Shown: positions 34,490-45,867, counted from the first letter of the stretch. The stretch is 64,000 bases of DNA from Escherichia coli 042 (GCF_000027125.1 NC_017626.1); one strand, 5' to 3'. Notes: generated from the sequence alone by a model not told the origin. Numbers and translations are program-made.

Positions 34490-34500
34490 CATAACTTGTC

Positions 34501-36354
34501 TTACATCTTCTCCAGCAACTTCTTCACATCTTTGCCATTGCGGGAATCTTTATTCCGCTCGGCCCAGTCATTCAGGCGACGTTTCGCTTCGTCCTGTAAG
34601 TGTTTACGCAGTAACTGATCCACTTGCAGACTGTAATTGAGTTGCTGCCAGTTGCCATAAACCCGCAGCGGTACTGGCGTTTCTTTGAGGAAATCAATCA
34701 GTTTGCTTTCCCCGTTCCAGCCACCCACGACCCGAATATCAAACTGGGTGTCGCAGGTTTGATCTGCCAGATTCAACATACCTTCCCCTGTAAGCGCCAG
34801 CACAGGCGATTGACCTTGCATGTCGTTTAACGTCACGACGCCATCCTTCAACATCAAATCGGTGGTAAAGCGGTCAAGACGCGTCACGTTATCAAAGTTT
34901 TCAGCGGCCTTCACATCACCACCATTACGCTCTACCGCTTGCTGAATCATCTGCTGGAAGTTCATCCCTTCCATGCGCGTGTCGGTCATTTCGACATGTG
35001 CCTGTCCTTGCCAGTTGTGGCGGAATGCGTCGGCATCTATGTCAGCACCGGAGAAATCACCAGCCAGTGACATCTTTCCAGTCAACGAAATCGGATAGTT
35101 AAACGCCTTCAGAATGGTGCCAATCTCAACGTTTTCCAGCCGGGGCTGGAAGTTTATCCGCGGATTTATTGATGTCGCGTCCAGCGCGCCCGGCAGTGAA
35201 ACCTGTCCACCGTTAAGTTTGCCCTGCAGTTGAGTAATTTCCAGCAGACCCGACTTGTTGGTCATTTGCGTGGCAACATCTGTAAAATTCATTCCGCGCC
35301 AGCGCACGTTACTGGCCTGCAACAAAATATCAGCCGTAAAGCCTTGCAGTCCCTGATAGGCCGGTTCATCAATACGCGAAGAAATGACCGGGCGCGGCAA
35401 CGTTGATTGGCTCTGCCCCTGCTGCGCGGCACCGTTTTCACCGTTCGCTGTTTCATTAAGCGGGATGAGGTTGTCAAGATTCAGTTGCGGAAATTGCAGT
35501 CTCAGCTGCCATTCCGGTTGCTCTGTCAGCGTGACCTGTGCTTGCCCGCTCAGCGTACTGTCATTGGCGGTCAAACTAATTTGGTTAAATGAAAGGCGTT
35601 TATGTGACTCCTGCCACTGGGCCTGGAAACTCCCCTGCCCCTGAATACCTTGTTTTGGTAAATCTGCACCCTGCAACTGCCAGTTAACTTGTTCAATAGC
35701 CGCCGTTAAATCATGCGGATAATCAGAAGCATCTACCGTACCGTTAAGGGATATCGTGAGATCGCGCTGATCGCGATTAACCCGCCCGGAGAACTCAAAT
35801 GAACCACGATGTTGGGGATCTTGTTCCATTTGCAGGCGAATATTGCGGATTGTCACCTGCTCGTCATCTTCATGCTGGAACACCAGCACGCTGTCCGCCA
35901 CCTTAAGACTGGATATATCAAACGACCATCCGCGATCGTCTGACAGATCCGGCAAGGTATTGTCGCGCGGTGCAACCGGAGCGTCTTCACTGCGCACCGC
36001 TTCCGTCTGCGGCGTCAGTTGAATCACTGCCCCTTTTAGCATCACCTGCTTAACGCTCAGTTGATGACTCAGCAGTGGTAAAAGCGCCACGTCCAGACGC
36101 ATGTTGTCTGCGCGAACCAGTGGCTGGCTCGCGCCCTGGGCAGTGAGAGACATTCGCCCGGAGAGGATACTAAGCTGCGGCCAGACGTGCCAACGCAGTG
36201 GCCCGTCGAGCTGCAATTGATAACCGCTACGTGCAGCAACTTGCTTGACCATATAGTCGCGGAAATCATTCGGATTCACCAGCAACACTAACGCAGATAA
36301 CCCGGTCACCAGCACGACCAGGAGTATCATCAGCGTCGTCAGAAATCGTCTCAT
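34501..36354 (-). CDS. asmA: outer-membrane assembly protein AsmA
   Basis: 617 aa; N-terminal signal anchor; matches AsmA length and position. Confidence 0.9.
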   Translation of the reverse strand: MRRFLTTLMILLVVLVTGLSALVLLVNPNDFRDYMVKQVAARSGYQLQLDGPLRWHVWPQLSILSGRMSLTAQGASQPLVRADNMRLDVALLPLLSHQLSVKQVMLKGAVIQLTPQTEAVRSEDAPVAPRDNTLPDLSDDRGWSFDISSLKVADSVLVFQHEDDEQVTIRNIRLQMEQDPQHRGSFEFSGRVNRDQRDLTISLNGTVDASDYPHDLTAAIEQVNWQLQGADLPKQGIQGQGSFQAQWQESHKRLSFNQISLTANDSTLSGQAQVTLTEQPEWQLRLQFPQLNLDNLIPLNETANGENGAAQQGQSQSTLPRPVISSRIDEPAYQGLQGFTADILLQASNVRWRGMNFTDVATQMTNKSGLLEITQLQGKLNGGQVSLPGALDATSINPRINFQPRLENVEIGTILKAFNYPISLTGKMSLAGDFSGADIDADAFRHNWQGQAHVEMTDTRMEGMNFQQMIQQAVERNGGDVKAAENFDNVTRLDRFTTDLMLKDGVVTLNDMQGQSPVLALTGEGMLNLADQTCDTQFDIRVVGGWNGESKLIDFLKETPVPLRVYGNWQQLNYSLQVDQLLRKHLQDEAKRRLNDWAERNKDSRNGKDVKKLLEKM

Positions 36355-36375
36355 GGTATCCTCAATGGGCCTGAA

Positions 36376-36957
36376 TTAGTCTTTATCGATTCGGCTGGCT
36401 ACCGCGCCCTGCTGGTTGCGATATTTCGCATCTTCACGGCGGTTGTAAGGTCGCGCCGCCGGGCCGGAAAGCGGCTCAAAGCTCAGCGCACCAATTAACA
36501 TGCCCGGACGCAGCGCCAGCGGCAGCTTACCGGAGTTGTAGAACTCCAGCACAATACAGCCAGACCAGCCCGGATCGATACGGTGCGCGGTGACGTGCAC
36601 CATCAGCCCCAGACGCGCCAGTGAGGAACGACCGTCCAGCCAGCCCACCAGATCGGCTGGCAGCGTCACCGACTCCAGCGTCACCGCCAGCGCCAGCTCT
36701 CCTGGGTGAAGATAAAACGCCTCGCTTTCATCGAGTACGATCTCATCGCTCATCACGCGGTCAAGCGCGGCGCTCACTTCATCTTTGGGACCGCTCAGAT
36801 CGATAAACGCTGCCGTGTGACCACGGAAGGTACGAAATTTATTGCCCAGGCGCACATCCACCGTCGCGCCATTAATACGCTCCACTGGCGGACGTGGGTT
36901 GATCGACAAACGGCCTTCATCAAGCCAGGCTTCAATATCTCGGTCACACAGACGCAT
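36376..36957 (-). CDS. dcd: dCTP deaminase
   Basis: 193 aa; [18 protein letters not shown]-terminus of Dcd. Confidence 0.92.
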   Translation of the reverse strand: MRLCDRDIEAWLDEGRLSINPRPPVERINGATVDVRLGNKFRTFRGHTAAFIDLSGPKDEVSAALDRVMSDEIVLDESEAFYLHPGELALAVTLESVTLPADLVGWLDGRSSLARLGLMVHVTAHRIDPGWSGCIVLEFYNSGKLPLALRPGMLIGALSFEPLSGPAARPYNRREDAKYRNQQGAVASRIDKD

Positions 36958-37048
36958 GGCATTTTCTCCTTTCGTGCATCACTCCCTTAACGCCAATTAC
37001 GTCAAGGGCATACCAGGTTATCACTGAACGGTACACAATTTATCAAGC

Positions 37049-37690
37049 TTATTCAAAGAACTGACTTATTTTCGCTTTCAATATATCGATGGCGATGCGG
37101 TTTTTCCCGCCGCGTGGCACGATAATGTCCGCATATTGTTTAGAAGGCTCAATGAATTGCAGGAACATCGGGCGCACGGTTTTTTGATATTGCGCCATCA
37201 CGGAATCCATTGAACGCCCACGCTCGTTAACGTCACGCTTGATGCGGCGCATCAGACAGATATCCAGCGGGGTATCAACGAAAATTGAGAAGTTAAGTTC
37301 ATCACGCAAACGCGCATCCGTCAGCAGCAAAATGCCTTCGAGAATGATGACTTTCTTCGGCTCAACCGTCACCGTTTCTTTCATACGCGTATGTTCAACA
37401 TAGCTGTAAACCGGCAGGTCAATTGCCGAGCCGCGTTTCAATGCTTGTAAATGCTCAAGCAGCAGGCTGTGATCCATCGCGCTGGGATGGTCGTAGTTGG
37501 TCTTAACGCGTTCTTCCATCGACAGATGGCTTTGATCTTTGTAATAGCAGTCTTCGGGAATTACGCCGATGTGTTCATCACCGACTTGCTCACGTAATTC
37601 ACGATAAAGGGTACTGGCAATAAGACTCTTGCCGGAAGCCGATGCGCCAGCGATACCGATAATGACGCACTGATGAGACTGATCAGTCAT
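37049..37690 (-). CDS. udk: uridine/cytidine kinase
   Basis: Start trimmed to [22 protein letters not shown] (ATG at 37690), 213 aa; Walker A P-loop. Confidence 0.9.
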
Positions 37691-38007
37691 ATATTTAGCG
37701 ACCTGATTAACCTGGATGTTAGGAAGGGGGCGACGAAGCGCCAAACGCGGCAATTATAGGGATTTCATCCGCCTGATACCAGTCGAATAGCGTTGCCGCG
37801 CGCTCAGAGTTAATTGTTGACGAAGAATTCCCGGTGGCAAATTACGTTGATCAGTTTTATACAAGGTAAAAAATGTTATACGCCGTTGCGCAAATTATCC
37901 GCCTTTACGTCACTTTATGTGCAATTCGCATATAAAATGTAAAACTTTTGTACTAGCATAAACACAGAAACGAATACTGGCGACCTGGTCTTGCGGATAA
38001 AGCGGTA

Positions 38008-41000
38008 ATGAGCAAACAATCACAGCATGTATTAATTGCCCTGCCCCACCCGCTGCTTCACCTGGTCAGTTTAGGTTTAGTCTCGTTTATCTTTACCCTT
38101 TTCTCGCTTGAGCTTTCGCAGTTTGGCACCCAACTTGCCCCATTGTGGTTCCCGACGTCCATCATGATGGTGGCGTTTTATCGCCATGCCGGGCGCATGT
38201 GGCCGGGGATTGCGCTGAGCTGCTCGCTGGGAAATATCGCCGCATCCATCCTGCTTTTTTCCACCAGCTCGCTGAACATGACCTGGACGACCATCAATAT
38301 TGTTGAAGCCGTGGTCGGGGCAGTGCTACTGCGTAAATTACTGCCGTGGTATAACCCCTTGCAAAATCTGGCTGACTGGCTGCGTCTGGCACTCGGCAGC
38401 GCCATTGTTCCGCCTCTGTTGGGGGGGGGTTCTGGTTGTCCTGCTGACGCCCGGAGACGATCCTCTCAGGGCATTTTTGATATGGGTACTGTCAGAATCC
38501 ATCGGCGCACTGGCACTGGTGCCACTGGGATTGTTATTTAAACCACACTATCTGCTGCGCCATCGCAACCCACGGTTGCTTTTTGAGTCGCTGCTCACGT
38601 TAGCCATCACACTGACGTTAAGCTGGCTTTCGATGCTGTATCTGCCGTGGCCTTTTACTTTCATTATTGTGCTGTTGATGTGGAGCGCCGTGCGCCTGCC
38701 ACGAATGGAAGCCTTTTTGATCTTCCTTACCACGGTGATGATGGTGTCACTGATGATGGCCGCTGATCCCTCCCTGCTTGCTACGCCGCGTACATACCTG
38801 ATGAGCCATATGCCGTGGCTACCGTTTTTGCTGATCCTGCTGCCCGCCAACATCATGACCATGGTGATGTATGCCTTTCGTGCGGAACGCAAACACATTT
38901 CCGAAAGCGAAACCCGCTTTCGGAACGCGATGGAATATTCCGCCATCGGCATGGCATTAGTGGGCACCGAGGGGCAATGGCTGCAATCCAACAAAGCGCT
39001 CTGCCAGTTTCTCGGTTACAGTCAGGAAGAACTGCGCGGACTCACCTTTCAGCAACTGACCTGGCCGGAGGATCTCAATAAAGATCTGCAACAGGTTGAA
39101 AAGCTGATCAGCGGTGAAATAAACACCTATTCAATGGAAAAACGCTACTACAACCGCAATGGCGATGTTGTCTGGGCGTTGCTTGCCGTCTCACTGGTGC
39201 GCCACACCGATGGTACGCCGCTCTATTTTATCGCTCAGATTGAAGACATTAACGAGCTAAAACGCACCGAACAGGTGAACCAGCAACTGATGGAGCGCAT
39301 CACGCTGGCTAACGAAGCGGGCGGGATTGGCATCTGGGAGTGGGAGCTAAAGCCGAATATTTTTAGCTGGGATAAGCGGATGTTCGAGCTGTATGAAATT
39401 CCTCCGCATATCAAACCGAACTGGCAGGTGTGGTACGAGTGCGTGCTGCCGGAAGATCGCCAGCACGCCGAAAAAGTGATTCGCGATTCATTGCAATCAC
39501 GCTCTCCCTTTAAACTGGAATTTCGCATTACCGTGAAAGACGGCATCCGCCATATCCGCGCCCTCGCCAACCGGGTACTGAATAAAGAAGGCGAAGTCGA
39601 ACGTCTGCTCGGCATTAATATGGATATGACCGAGGTTAAACAGCTTAACGAGGCATTGTTTCAGGAAAAAGAGCGCCTGCACATTACGCTGGACTCCATC
39701 GGTGAAGCCGTGGTCTGTATTGATATGGCGATGAAAATTACCTTTATGAATCCGGTGGCGGAGAAGATGAGCGGCTGGACGCAGGAAGAAGCATTAGGTG
39801 TTCCGCTCCTGACGGTGTTGCATATTACTTTTGGCGACAACGGACCATTAATGGAGAACATTTACAGTGCCGACACCTCACGTTCCGCGATTGAACAAGA
39901 TGTGGTGTTGCACTGTCGGAGCGGCGGCAGCTACGACGTGCATTACAGTATTACGCCGTTAAGTACTCTGGACGGCAGCAATATAGGCTCGGTTCTGGTG
40001 ATTCAGGACGTCACCGAATCGCGTAAAATGCTGCGCCAGCTGAGCTACAGCGCCTCCCATGATGCACTGACGCATCTCGCCAATCGCGCCAGTTTTGAGA
40101 AGCAACTACGCATCCTGCTGCAAACGGTAAACAGTACACATCAGCGACATGCCCTGGTGTTTATCGATCTTGATCGCTTTAAAGCGGTGAATGACAGCGC
40201 CGGGCACGCCGCTGGCGACGCTTTACTGCGCGAACTGGCGTCATTGATGCTGAGTATGCTGCGCTCCAGCGACGTGCTAGCGCGACTCGGTGGCGATGAA
40301 TTTGGTCTGCTGCTGCCAGATTGTAATGTCGAAAGTGCGCGTTTTATCGCTACACGTATTATCAGCGCCGTGAATGACTATCACTTTATCTGGGAAGGAC
40401 GTGTACATCGGGTAGGTGCCAGTGCCGGGATTACCTTGATTGATGACAACAATCATCAGGCGGCTGAAGTGATGTCGCAGGCTGATATCGCCTGTTATGC
40501 CTCCAAAAATGGTGGACGGGGCCGGGTGACGGTTTACGAACCGCAGCAAGCTGCCGCACATAGCGAACGGGCGGTGATGTCGCTTGATGAACAGTGGCGG
40601 ATGATTAAAGAGAATCAGTTGATGATGATCGCCCGCGGTGTCGCTTCGCCGCGGATCCCGGAAGCGCGTAATTTGTGGCTGATTTCACTTAAGCTCTGGA
40701 GTTGCGAAGGCGAGATTATTGATGAACAAACATTTCGTCGTAGCTTCAGCGATCCGGCACTTAGCCATGCTCTTGACCGACGGGTATTCCACGATTTTTT
40801 CCAGCAGGCCGCAAAAGCGGTTGCCAGTAAAGGCTTAAGCATCGCCCTCCCCCTTTCCGTTGCCGGTTTGAGTAGCGCCACGCTGGTGAATGAACTAATT
40901 GAGCAGCTGGAAAATAGCCCTCTACCACCACGGTTATTACATCTGATTATTCCGGCAGACGCGATTTTAGATCACGCAGAAAGCGTGCAAAAACTGCGGC

Positions 41001-41326
41001 TGGCAGGATGTCGGATCGTATTCAGTCAGGTGGGCCGCGATCTGCAAATCTTCAACTCGCTGAAAGCGAATATGGCAGATTACCTGCTACTTGATGGTGA
41101 GTTATGCGCCAACGTGCAGGGAAATTTGATGGATGAGATGCTGATTACGATCATTCAGGGGCACGCTCAGCGGCTCGGGATGAAGATCATCGCCGGGCCA
41201 GTCGTTTTACCCTTAGTGATGGATACGCTTTCTGGCATCGGCGTCGATCTGATTTATGGCGATGTGATTGCCGATGCCCAACCGCTGGATTTGCTGGTGA
41301 ATAGCAGTTATTTCGCGATTAACTGA
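38008..41326 (+). pseudogene. dgcE: diguanylate cyclase DgcE (MASE1-PAS-GGDEF-EAL), interrupted by a +1 frameshift in a G9 homopolymer at 38431-38439
   Basis: N-terminal ORF 38008-38541 reads ...SAIVPPLLGGGSGCPADARRR* while frame 38300-41326 continues ...VLVVLLTPGDDPLRAF... through the GGDEF (RLGGDEFG) and EAL regions. Deleting one G restores a 1105-codon reading frame. Confidence 0.8.
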
Positions 41327-41343
41327 GGGAGCGTTTGCCCATT

Positions 41344-41368
41344 GCCTGATGCGACGTATCAGGCCTAC
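41344..41368. repeat. single REP unit at the alkA 3' end
   Basis: GCCTGATGCGACGTATCAGGCCTAC palindromic unit. Confidence 0.6.
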
Positions 41369-42222
41369 AATTCGTCCGTTCCGTCTGGTTGCCAGCCTTC
41401 TGTATACCAGATATGCAACAGCGCATAAGAACGCCAGGGCTTCCAGCGTTCGGCATAACGGCGGATTTGTGCCGGTGTCATTCCCGGAAATCGCTGTTTA
41501 ATCAGATAATCATCCGGCAGGAAAACATCTTTCGCCTGCCAGCCACGTAAGGCGAAATAATTCGCCGTCCAGCGCCCGATACCCGGAAAAGTTTGCAGCG
41601 TTTTCATCGCTTGTTCTACGTCGCCCGGAATTGTCATTGGTAAGGTGCCCTCCAGCGCCGCATTTGCCAGATGAATCAGTGCCTCTGCCCGTTTCAACGG
41701 CATACCTAACGCTTTTAATGCCTGCGGGTCGGCTGCAGCCAGCCGCTGAGGCGTGGGGAAGCAGACATAATCCGGAAAATCATCCAGCCGTTCGCCATAA
41801 AGCTGTGCCACTCTGGCGGTCAATTTTGCCGCCATCGCCACGCTCACCAGTTGGCCTAAAATCGCCCGCACGCCCTGCTCAAAAGCATCAACACTGCCGG
41901 GTAAACGCAATCCGGGCCGCGCCGCGCCTAACTTGCCCAACGCACCGTTAACAATCTGCGGGTGACATTGCAGATCAAACAGGCGGCTCATTTTCGCCAG
42001 ACACTCTGCGGCAACAGGTTCTAAACCTGCACTTAAATTTATGTGCAGAGTATGGCGGGCTATATCCGGAATAGCAGTCACCACGCCGCGATATTCGCCC
42101 ACCGCCAGACTACGGGCATAATAATCGTCAGCGACCGTTTCCACACCGTTCACCGCACGGGCGGCGAGAAATCCCAACATCCACGACCAGTCATACGGCG
42201 GCTGCCAGTTCAGGGTATACAT
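41365..42222 (-). CDS. alkA: 3-methyladenine DNA glycosylase II
   Basis: 285 aa; MYTLNWQPPYDWSWMLGFLAARAV N-terminus of AlkA. Confidence 0.9.
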   Translation of the reverse strand: MYTLNWQPPYDWSWMLGFLAARAVNGVETVADDYYARSLAVGEYRGVVTAIPDIARHTLHINLSAGLEPVAAECLAKMSRLFDLQCHPQIVNGALGKLGAARPGLRLPGSVDAFEQGVRAILGQLVSVAMAAKLTARVAQLYGERLDDFPDYVCFPTPQRLAAADPQALKALGMPLKRAEALIHLANAALEGTLPMTIPGDVEQAMKTLQTFPGIGRWTANYFALRGWQAKDVFLPDDYLIKQRFPGMTPAQIRRYAERWKPWRSYALLHIWYTEGWQPDGTDEL

Positions 42223-42274
42223 CGCATCTCCTTGTTAATCCGCTTTCAGCATAAACGTTATTCAGACGCTACGC

Positions 42275-42282
42275 TTTGCTTT
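42275..42282 (-). promoter_or_regulatory. Ada box (AAAGCAAA) in the alkA promoter
   Basis: Minus-strand AAAGCAAA about 50 bp upstream of the alkA start, matching the alkA-type Ada site. Confidence 0.6.
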
Positions 42283-42355
42283 CATATTCCGGTTGTCGCG
42301 ACGGCAACATTTCGCTAAAGTCACGCCCCTTCTTCACCGGCATGGGGATTATTTC

Positions 42356-43708
42356 GTGTTTATTGGTTTTGATTACGGTACAGCAAACTGTTCAGTGGCG
42401 GTTATGCGCGACGGTAAGCCGCAATTACTGAAAATGGAAAACGACAGCACGCTGCTGCCTTCAATGCTTTGCGCGCCAACGCGTGAAGCGGTAAGCGAAT
42501 GGCTGTACCGCCATCATGATGTTCCGGCAGACGACGATGAAACGCAGGCGCTGTTGCGTCGGGCGATTCGTTATAACCGCGAAGAAGATATCGATGTTAC
42601 GGCGAAAAGCGTGCAGTTCGGTCTTTCCTCACTGGCACAGTACATTGATGATCCAGAAGAGGTGTGGTTTGTGAAATCACCAAAATCATTCCTCGGTGCC
42701 AGCGGCTTAAAACCGCAGCAGGTAGCGCTGTTTGAGGATCTGGTCTGCGCAATGATGTTGCACATTCGCCAGCAGGCGCAGGCGCAGCTGCCGGAGGCAA
42801 TTACTCAGGCGGTGATTGGTCGCCCGATCAACTTCCAGGGGCTGGGCGGCGATGAAGCAAACGCCCAGGCGCAAGGGATTCTGGAACGCGCGGCGAAGCG
42901 TGCCGGGTTTAAGGATGTGGTATTCCAGTACGAGCCGGTCGCGGCTGGGCTGGATTACGAAGCCACCTTGCAGGAAGAAAAACGGGTGCTGGTGGTGGAT
43001 ATCGGCGGTGGTACGACTGACTGTTCATTGCTGCTGATGGGGCCGCAGTGGCGTTCGCGTCTCGATCGTGAAGCCAGCCTGCTGGGTCACAGTGGTTGCC
43101 GTATTGGCGGTAACGATCTGGATATCGCACTGGCGTTTAAAAACCTGATGCCGTTACTGGGCATGGGTGGCGAAACCGAAAAAGGCATCGCCCTGCCGAT
43201 TCTGCCGTGGTGGAATGCGGTTGCCATCAACGACGTTCCTGCACAGAGTGATTTCTACAGTAGTGCCAACGGTCGTCTGCTTAACGACCTGGTACGCGAT
43301 GCCCGCGAACCGGAAAAAGTGGCCCTGTTACAGAAAGTCTGGCGTCAGCGTTTAAGCTATCGCCTGGTACGTAGCGCAGAAGAGAGCAAAATTGCGCTTT
43401 CAAGCGTAGCGGAAACCCGCGCCTCACTGCCGTTTATCAGCGATGAACTGGCTACGCTGATTAGCCAGCAAGGGCTGGAAAGCGCCCTCAGCCAGCCACT
43501 GGCGCGGATTCTGGAACAGGTGCAACTGGCGCTGGATAACGCCCAGGAAAAACCGGACGTTATCTACCTGACCGGCGGTAGCGCCCGTTCGCCGCTGATT
43601 AAAAAAGCGCTGACAGAACAGTTGCCGGGCATTCCGATTGCAGGTGGCGATGACTTTGGCTCCGTCACCGCCGGGCTGGCACGCTGGGCGGAAGTGGTGT
43701 TTCGTTAA
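42356..43708 (+). CDS. yegD: Hsp70-family (actin-like ATPase) protein YegD
   Basis: GTG start at 42356 gives 450 aa beginning FIGFDYGTANCSVAV; ORF-track frame extended upstream to 42293. Confidence 0.85.
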   Translation: MFIGFDYGTANCSVAVMRDGKPQLLKMENDSTLLPSMLCAPTREAVSEWLYRHHDVPADDDETQALLRRAIRYNREEDIDVTAKSVQFGLSSLAQYIDDPEEVWFVKSPKSFLGASGLKPQQVALFEDLVCAMMLHIRQQAQAQLPEAITQAVIGRPINFQGLGGDEANAQAQGILERAAKRAGFKDVVFQYEPVAAGLDYEATLQEEKRVLVVDIGGGTTDCSLLLMGPQWRSRLDREASLLGHSGCRIGGNDLDIALAFKNLMPLLGMGGETEKGIALPILPWWNAVAINDVPAQSDFYSSANGRLLNDLVRDAREPEKVALLQKVWRQRLSYRLVRSAEESKIALSSVAETRASLPFISDELATLISQQGLESALSQPLARILEQVQLALDNAQEKPDVIYLTGGSARSPLIKKALTEQLPGIPIAGGDDFGSVTAGLARWAEVVFR

Positions 43709-43720
43709 TTGAAAACTGGC

Positions 43721-45667
43721 TCAGCAACGGCTTAAATCAGCCTGCGCCTGAGCCAGTTTTTCTGCCGCCTGACGTAACGGTTCCATCAACGGCATGGTCC
43801 GTGCTGGAGCATGAAGGCGGAATCGCTGCAACTCTGTCGCACCGACAGTCAGCGCCGATTCCAGCCGATGTCGTTTGGCGGCCATTTTTGCCATTACCGC
43901 TTGTCTGTCTGCAGGCGTTACCGCTTCGTTCGGCCTGAAAACAAAACGGCGTTCGCAACTCGCTTTCCAGTCGATAACCGCCTGGGTCAGATGATCACCA
44001 AAACCTTTAACTTGCTTAACGCTCCGTCGGGTAACGTCTGCCGCCGTTTCAATACCAAAGGACCGTAACGCCGCTTTACGCGCAGGGCCAACGCCGGGAA
44101 TAGAGGCAACATCAATAAAAAATCCCTCCAGAAACTTCTGCTTCTGCCGTTCCCTTGCGGTGTCCTGAAGTGCTGCCAGATCGCGCTTTTCTTCTTCCGG
44201 TAACCCAAGAATTTCGTCCTTCATTTTTTCGAGCATCGTCCGTTTGGCAATAAAACCTTCCAGCCCGCCCAACTGTTGGATCTGGCTGACTAAATGGTCA
44301 TAGTCCATTTTTGCGCGATTAAAAGCCTCTCTTCGTCGCTGGACTTCTGCTTTGTACGCTTTGCTTGTCAGGCTGCCAATAATCCAGATAGCCGCCAGCA
44401 CGGGAACCAAAATGATATAACGCGGTTCTACCTGAAGGCCGCAAAGCAACAGCGATAACGCTGACAGTGTGATCTCAATCAGAATGATGTATTCACGCCG
44501 TAACAGGCCTAAAGGAAGCGGCCTGCCAGTCGGTTGGAAATGATCGGGTAATGGCAGTTGCAATGCTGGTGGTGCTACTGACGCCATCACCATCGCCCAG
44601 ACTTTCGCCAGCACAAAATCACCGCTGGTGGTAATGACCTCTTCGCCGAGATCAATAAAATAGATAACGCCTTGATTATCCAGCGCACACCACGGGCAGT
44701 CAGTCAAATGACCAGGGTAAACATGCATTGCCGAAACGGTACATTTCTTTAACTGTTGGCGTAGTAAATCAAGTGCCGCTACCCACGCTTTTGCCGTCGG
44801 ACGCCCGGTTGCCACGCCACTTTCCGTGAATGCCTGCTGAAACATGGCTTCAACATCGCCCGGTAACATCGACAGCGGAATAGATCGTGGCGGCGGTTTT
44901 AAACCACGTCGCTGATTATCTGACGCGTAGGCATAACGGAAATGGGCAATATCCGTCTCCAGCGCATTACCCGCATCAGAGATAAGCGGTACACCAGAAT
45001 AAGGATGCCGCCCACCAAACAAGACGTGAAAAATCAGCAACGCAAGGCCAAAATTATCGTGATTCGCGGTACGTTCAAAACCGACAAATGACGACAAGGT
45101 TTGTAGCTCTGGCGGCGTAAAATGCGACACGCCGACTTCGCATAAATGCAGTGTGCCATTGGCGTTAATCTGAAAGGAGTCGCTATCAATCAACACCACT
45201 TTGCTGTCACGGCCTACCATAAAGCTGTTCTGGTTTACGTCACCCACGACATGCCCGTGCTCGTGAACCGTAGCAAAAGATGACGCAATATTGCGCGCAA
45301 CATAGAGTAGAAAATCCCACGCACAATGAGGGTAACGTTGGCGACGATGTGCCGGGCTATAGATCATATGAATCGGTTCTTTACCAGAAACTTTTGGCAT
45401 CATAAAACCGATAACTTTTCCGCCTCGTCCACCGTGAAGCGTTGCCTGCGGCCAGGCGACATAATCCAGCAACTGTGCGTCAGCTGTCGCAGCCATAAAG
45501 GCAAGTTTGTCCTGTTTTAAGGCGGGTGGCGGCGTGTGATAAATCTTGGCGACGCTATCGACAAACTCCTCGATATCATAAACCGCGCCTTCACCACCTT
45601 TACCCAGTTCACGCCCGAGAGTGGTCAATTCACCTGTCGATGTAAATACTTTTATATTTGTCTTCAT
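43721..45667 (-). CDS. yegI: protein kinase-like protein YegI
   Basis: 648 aa; N-terminal kinase-like domain, a predicted transmembrane segment and a coiled-coil/helix-hairpin-helix-like C-terminus. Confidence 0.85.
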   Translation of the reverse strand: MKTNIKVFTSTGELTTLGRELGKGGEGAVYDIEEFVDSVAKIYHTPPPALKQDKLAFMAATADAQLLDYVAWPQATLHGGRGGKVIGFMMPKVSGKEPIHMIYSPAHRRQRYPHCAWDFLLYVARNIASSFATVHEHGHVVGDVNQNSFMVGRDSKVVLIDSDSFQINANGTLHLCEVGVSHFTPPELQTLSSFVGFERTANHDNFGLALLIFHVLFGGRHPYSGVPLISDAGNALETDIAHFRYAYASDNQRRGLKPPPRSIPLSMLPGDVEAMFQQAFTESGVATGRPTAKAWVAALDLLRQQLKKCTVSAMHVYPGHLTDCPWCALDNQGVIYFIDLGEEVITTSGDFVLAKVWAMVMASVAPPALQLPLPDHFQPTGRPLPLGLLRREYIILIEITLSALSLLLCGLQVEPRYIILVPVLAAIWIIGSLTSKAYKAEVQRRREAFNRAKMDYDHLVSQIQQLGGLEGFIAKRTMLEKMKDEILGLPEEEKRDLAALQDTARERQKQKFLEGFFIDVASIPGVGPARKAALRSFGIETAADVTRRSVKQVKGFGDHLTQAVIDWKASCERRFVFRPNEAVTPADRQAVMAKMAAKRHRLESALTVGATELQRFRLHAPARTMPLMEPLRQAAEKLAQAQADLSRC

Positions 45668-45867
45668 AATGTTTCAAGGGCAGTCATATTATATTTTAAT
45701 GAATAATAACACTGCCCATTATAATTATTTCTATATTGGAAGAGTCCCACTCAAGAATAAAAATGATAATGCAATTTCATCAGGATACAATTCAATTCCA
45801 ACCTGATAATGATTCACTTCCACAGGTTTTTTGCTAACTTTTACTACACAGGGATTCTGGAGAAAAA

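Noticed and set aside
38008-41326. Two-gene model for dgcE (separate MASE1 protein plus a PAS-GGDEF-EAL protein)
   Set aside because: The downstream frame has no plausible start or ribosome-binding site at the junction, and removing one G from the G9 run restores a single 1105-codon frame; frameshift or sequencing error is the simpler explanation.
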